Made by a program: the position numbers and the translations under genes. 37,194 bases of DNA from contig RBNJ01000194.1 in assembly GCA_003990765.1 (NCBI GenBank), positions 1 through 37,194 on the forward strand. Direction: 5' to 3'. This DNA comes from Jimgerdemannia flammicorona (taxonomy: Eukaryota). How positions within the stretch are numbered: the stretch's first letter is position 1; every line of letters starts with the position of its first letter. Under the pieces are notes generated by a model that did not search any database, had not been told where the DNA came from, and saw nothing but the letters and a program-made list of their open reading frames with translations. Of this stretch, positions 36,196-37,194 are shown piece after piece.

Positions 36196-37116
36196 CTACA
36201 TCCCTCTGTCCCACGGGTACAGCCTGCAAGAAAGCCGATCAATGATCATGACCCTAGCGTTACGGCTAATGATGAACTGGCAGCCAGAGGCCTTGGATAC
36301 AGTGTACATGATGCCATCGCAGTGCATGTCCACGATGTGCTGCGAGGAGACCCGCGAGGCCATCGCGTCGACACCAGTACTGTCACCGGATTTAAGCGTG
36401 TGTGCAAGGAGCCAAACGAGATGCAATGTCGGGATCGACGGCTGTCCATATTGAGCTCAAGAACTGTATGGAAGAATAGAATTGGGGTTGAGAACCCAAA
36501 CCGATATTTTTCTTCTTAAATAAAACACCTTCAACCAACTGAAGTACAACAACGGATACAAACCCCCTTAACTGCCTTCATGTAAACCGTACAAACGGCC
36601 CCTACACGGTCTCAGACACTGAAGCGCATGGCCTCTACGAGCCGTTTGATGACGTCGTCAATCTCCTACCTGAACCTCCTCTAATGGGTACACAATAAAC
36701 ATGGCAGCATGGCGAGCCTCGCAAGTGTACTCAGGGTAGTCTTGAAATGGAAAAGCTCGATCGATCCGGTGATGTCTGCGGTAGTGGCATTCGTTGCCTC
36801 TATGGAACAATGCATGTTAAAGCATTTACCTCCTTTTACAAACCCACATCAAGGAAAAAACATGGTCCTCACAAAACCCACCCATTTTCCTGTTGTTGTC
36901 TTCTTCACCTTGCTACTCTCCCTCCTCTCGTCACCACAGCTCTCCATCCCCGGCTCGCCCCTCACCGGCCTCAAACCTGTCTGCCCACTATCTGATCTCG
37001 GCCTCGATCAGCGTCTGCACGTCCGTCAGAAGATCAAGCATAGCTGCCGCATGTTTGTTGAGTTGGGAGACCGGAACAGGTTGTTCGAGAAGACCCAGTA
37101 GGTGTTGCCGAGGTCC
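36196..37116 (-). pseudogene. Possible spliced host gene remnant, unidentified
   Basis: CpG-rich, coding-like composition. A candidate GT..AG intron at ~36800-36881 joins ...NNRKM to EATNATTADITGS in frame. The upstream exon has in-frame stops and no domain was recognised. Confidence 0.25.
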
Positions 37117-37194
37117 TGAGAAATATGAAGACAAGAGGGTGCCCACAAATATGTCAATTATCCGATTCTTCCCCCCCTCCCCCCCCCCCTCCCC

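Noticed and set aside
36709..37101. Plus-strand 130-aa and 82-aa ORFs as genes
   Set aside because: No recognisable domain, and the splice-like signals favour the minus strand; unsupported without a search.

Overview
Eukaryotic, probably fungal, heterochromatin-like window. About 1-34500 is mostly a nested cluster of decayed Ty3/Gypsy (Metaviridae) LTR retrotransposons from at least five families, labelled here A-E. Family A is a chromovirus with ~2.0-kb LTRs: one full-length copy at 23914-34487 (TSD CTCTG, PBS, PPT; order gag-dUTPase-PR-RT-RH-IN-chromo) plus several fragments. Family B has ~1.6-kb LTRs: a solo LTR and a 3'-truncated copy (gag-PR-dUTPase-RT-RH). Family C is a minus-strand chromovirus with a 468-bp LTR. 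Family D is a gag-PR-dUTPase fragment. Family E is a young, CpG-retaining 2271-bp solo LTR inserted into C with a 4-bp TSD. All old copies are riddled with C>T/G>A stops and almost lack CpG, consistent with RIP-like or methylation-driven decay. Main discovery: the long LTRs of three families with no obvious DNA similarity (A, B, E) each carry a 340-367-codon ORF in U3, upstream of a TATAAATA box. The three proteins share a Y[EQ]IG motif followed by an ungapped 31-residue block, which suggests a conserved LTR-encoded accessory protein. Other observations: dUTPase sits in two different polyprotein positions; a shared CxHG...CxxC module lies next to the dUTPase; several TA>TATGTA insertions resemble Tc1/mariner footprints. 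The last ~1.4 kb is CpG-rich, apparently single-copy DNA with a possible spliced pseudogene. All translations and alignments were done by eye and no database search was run.
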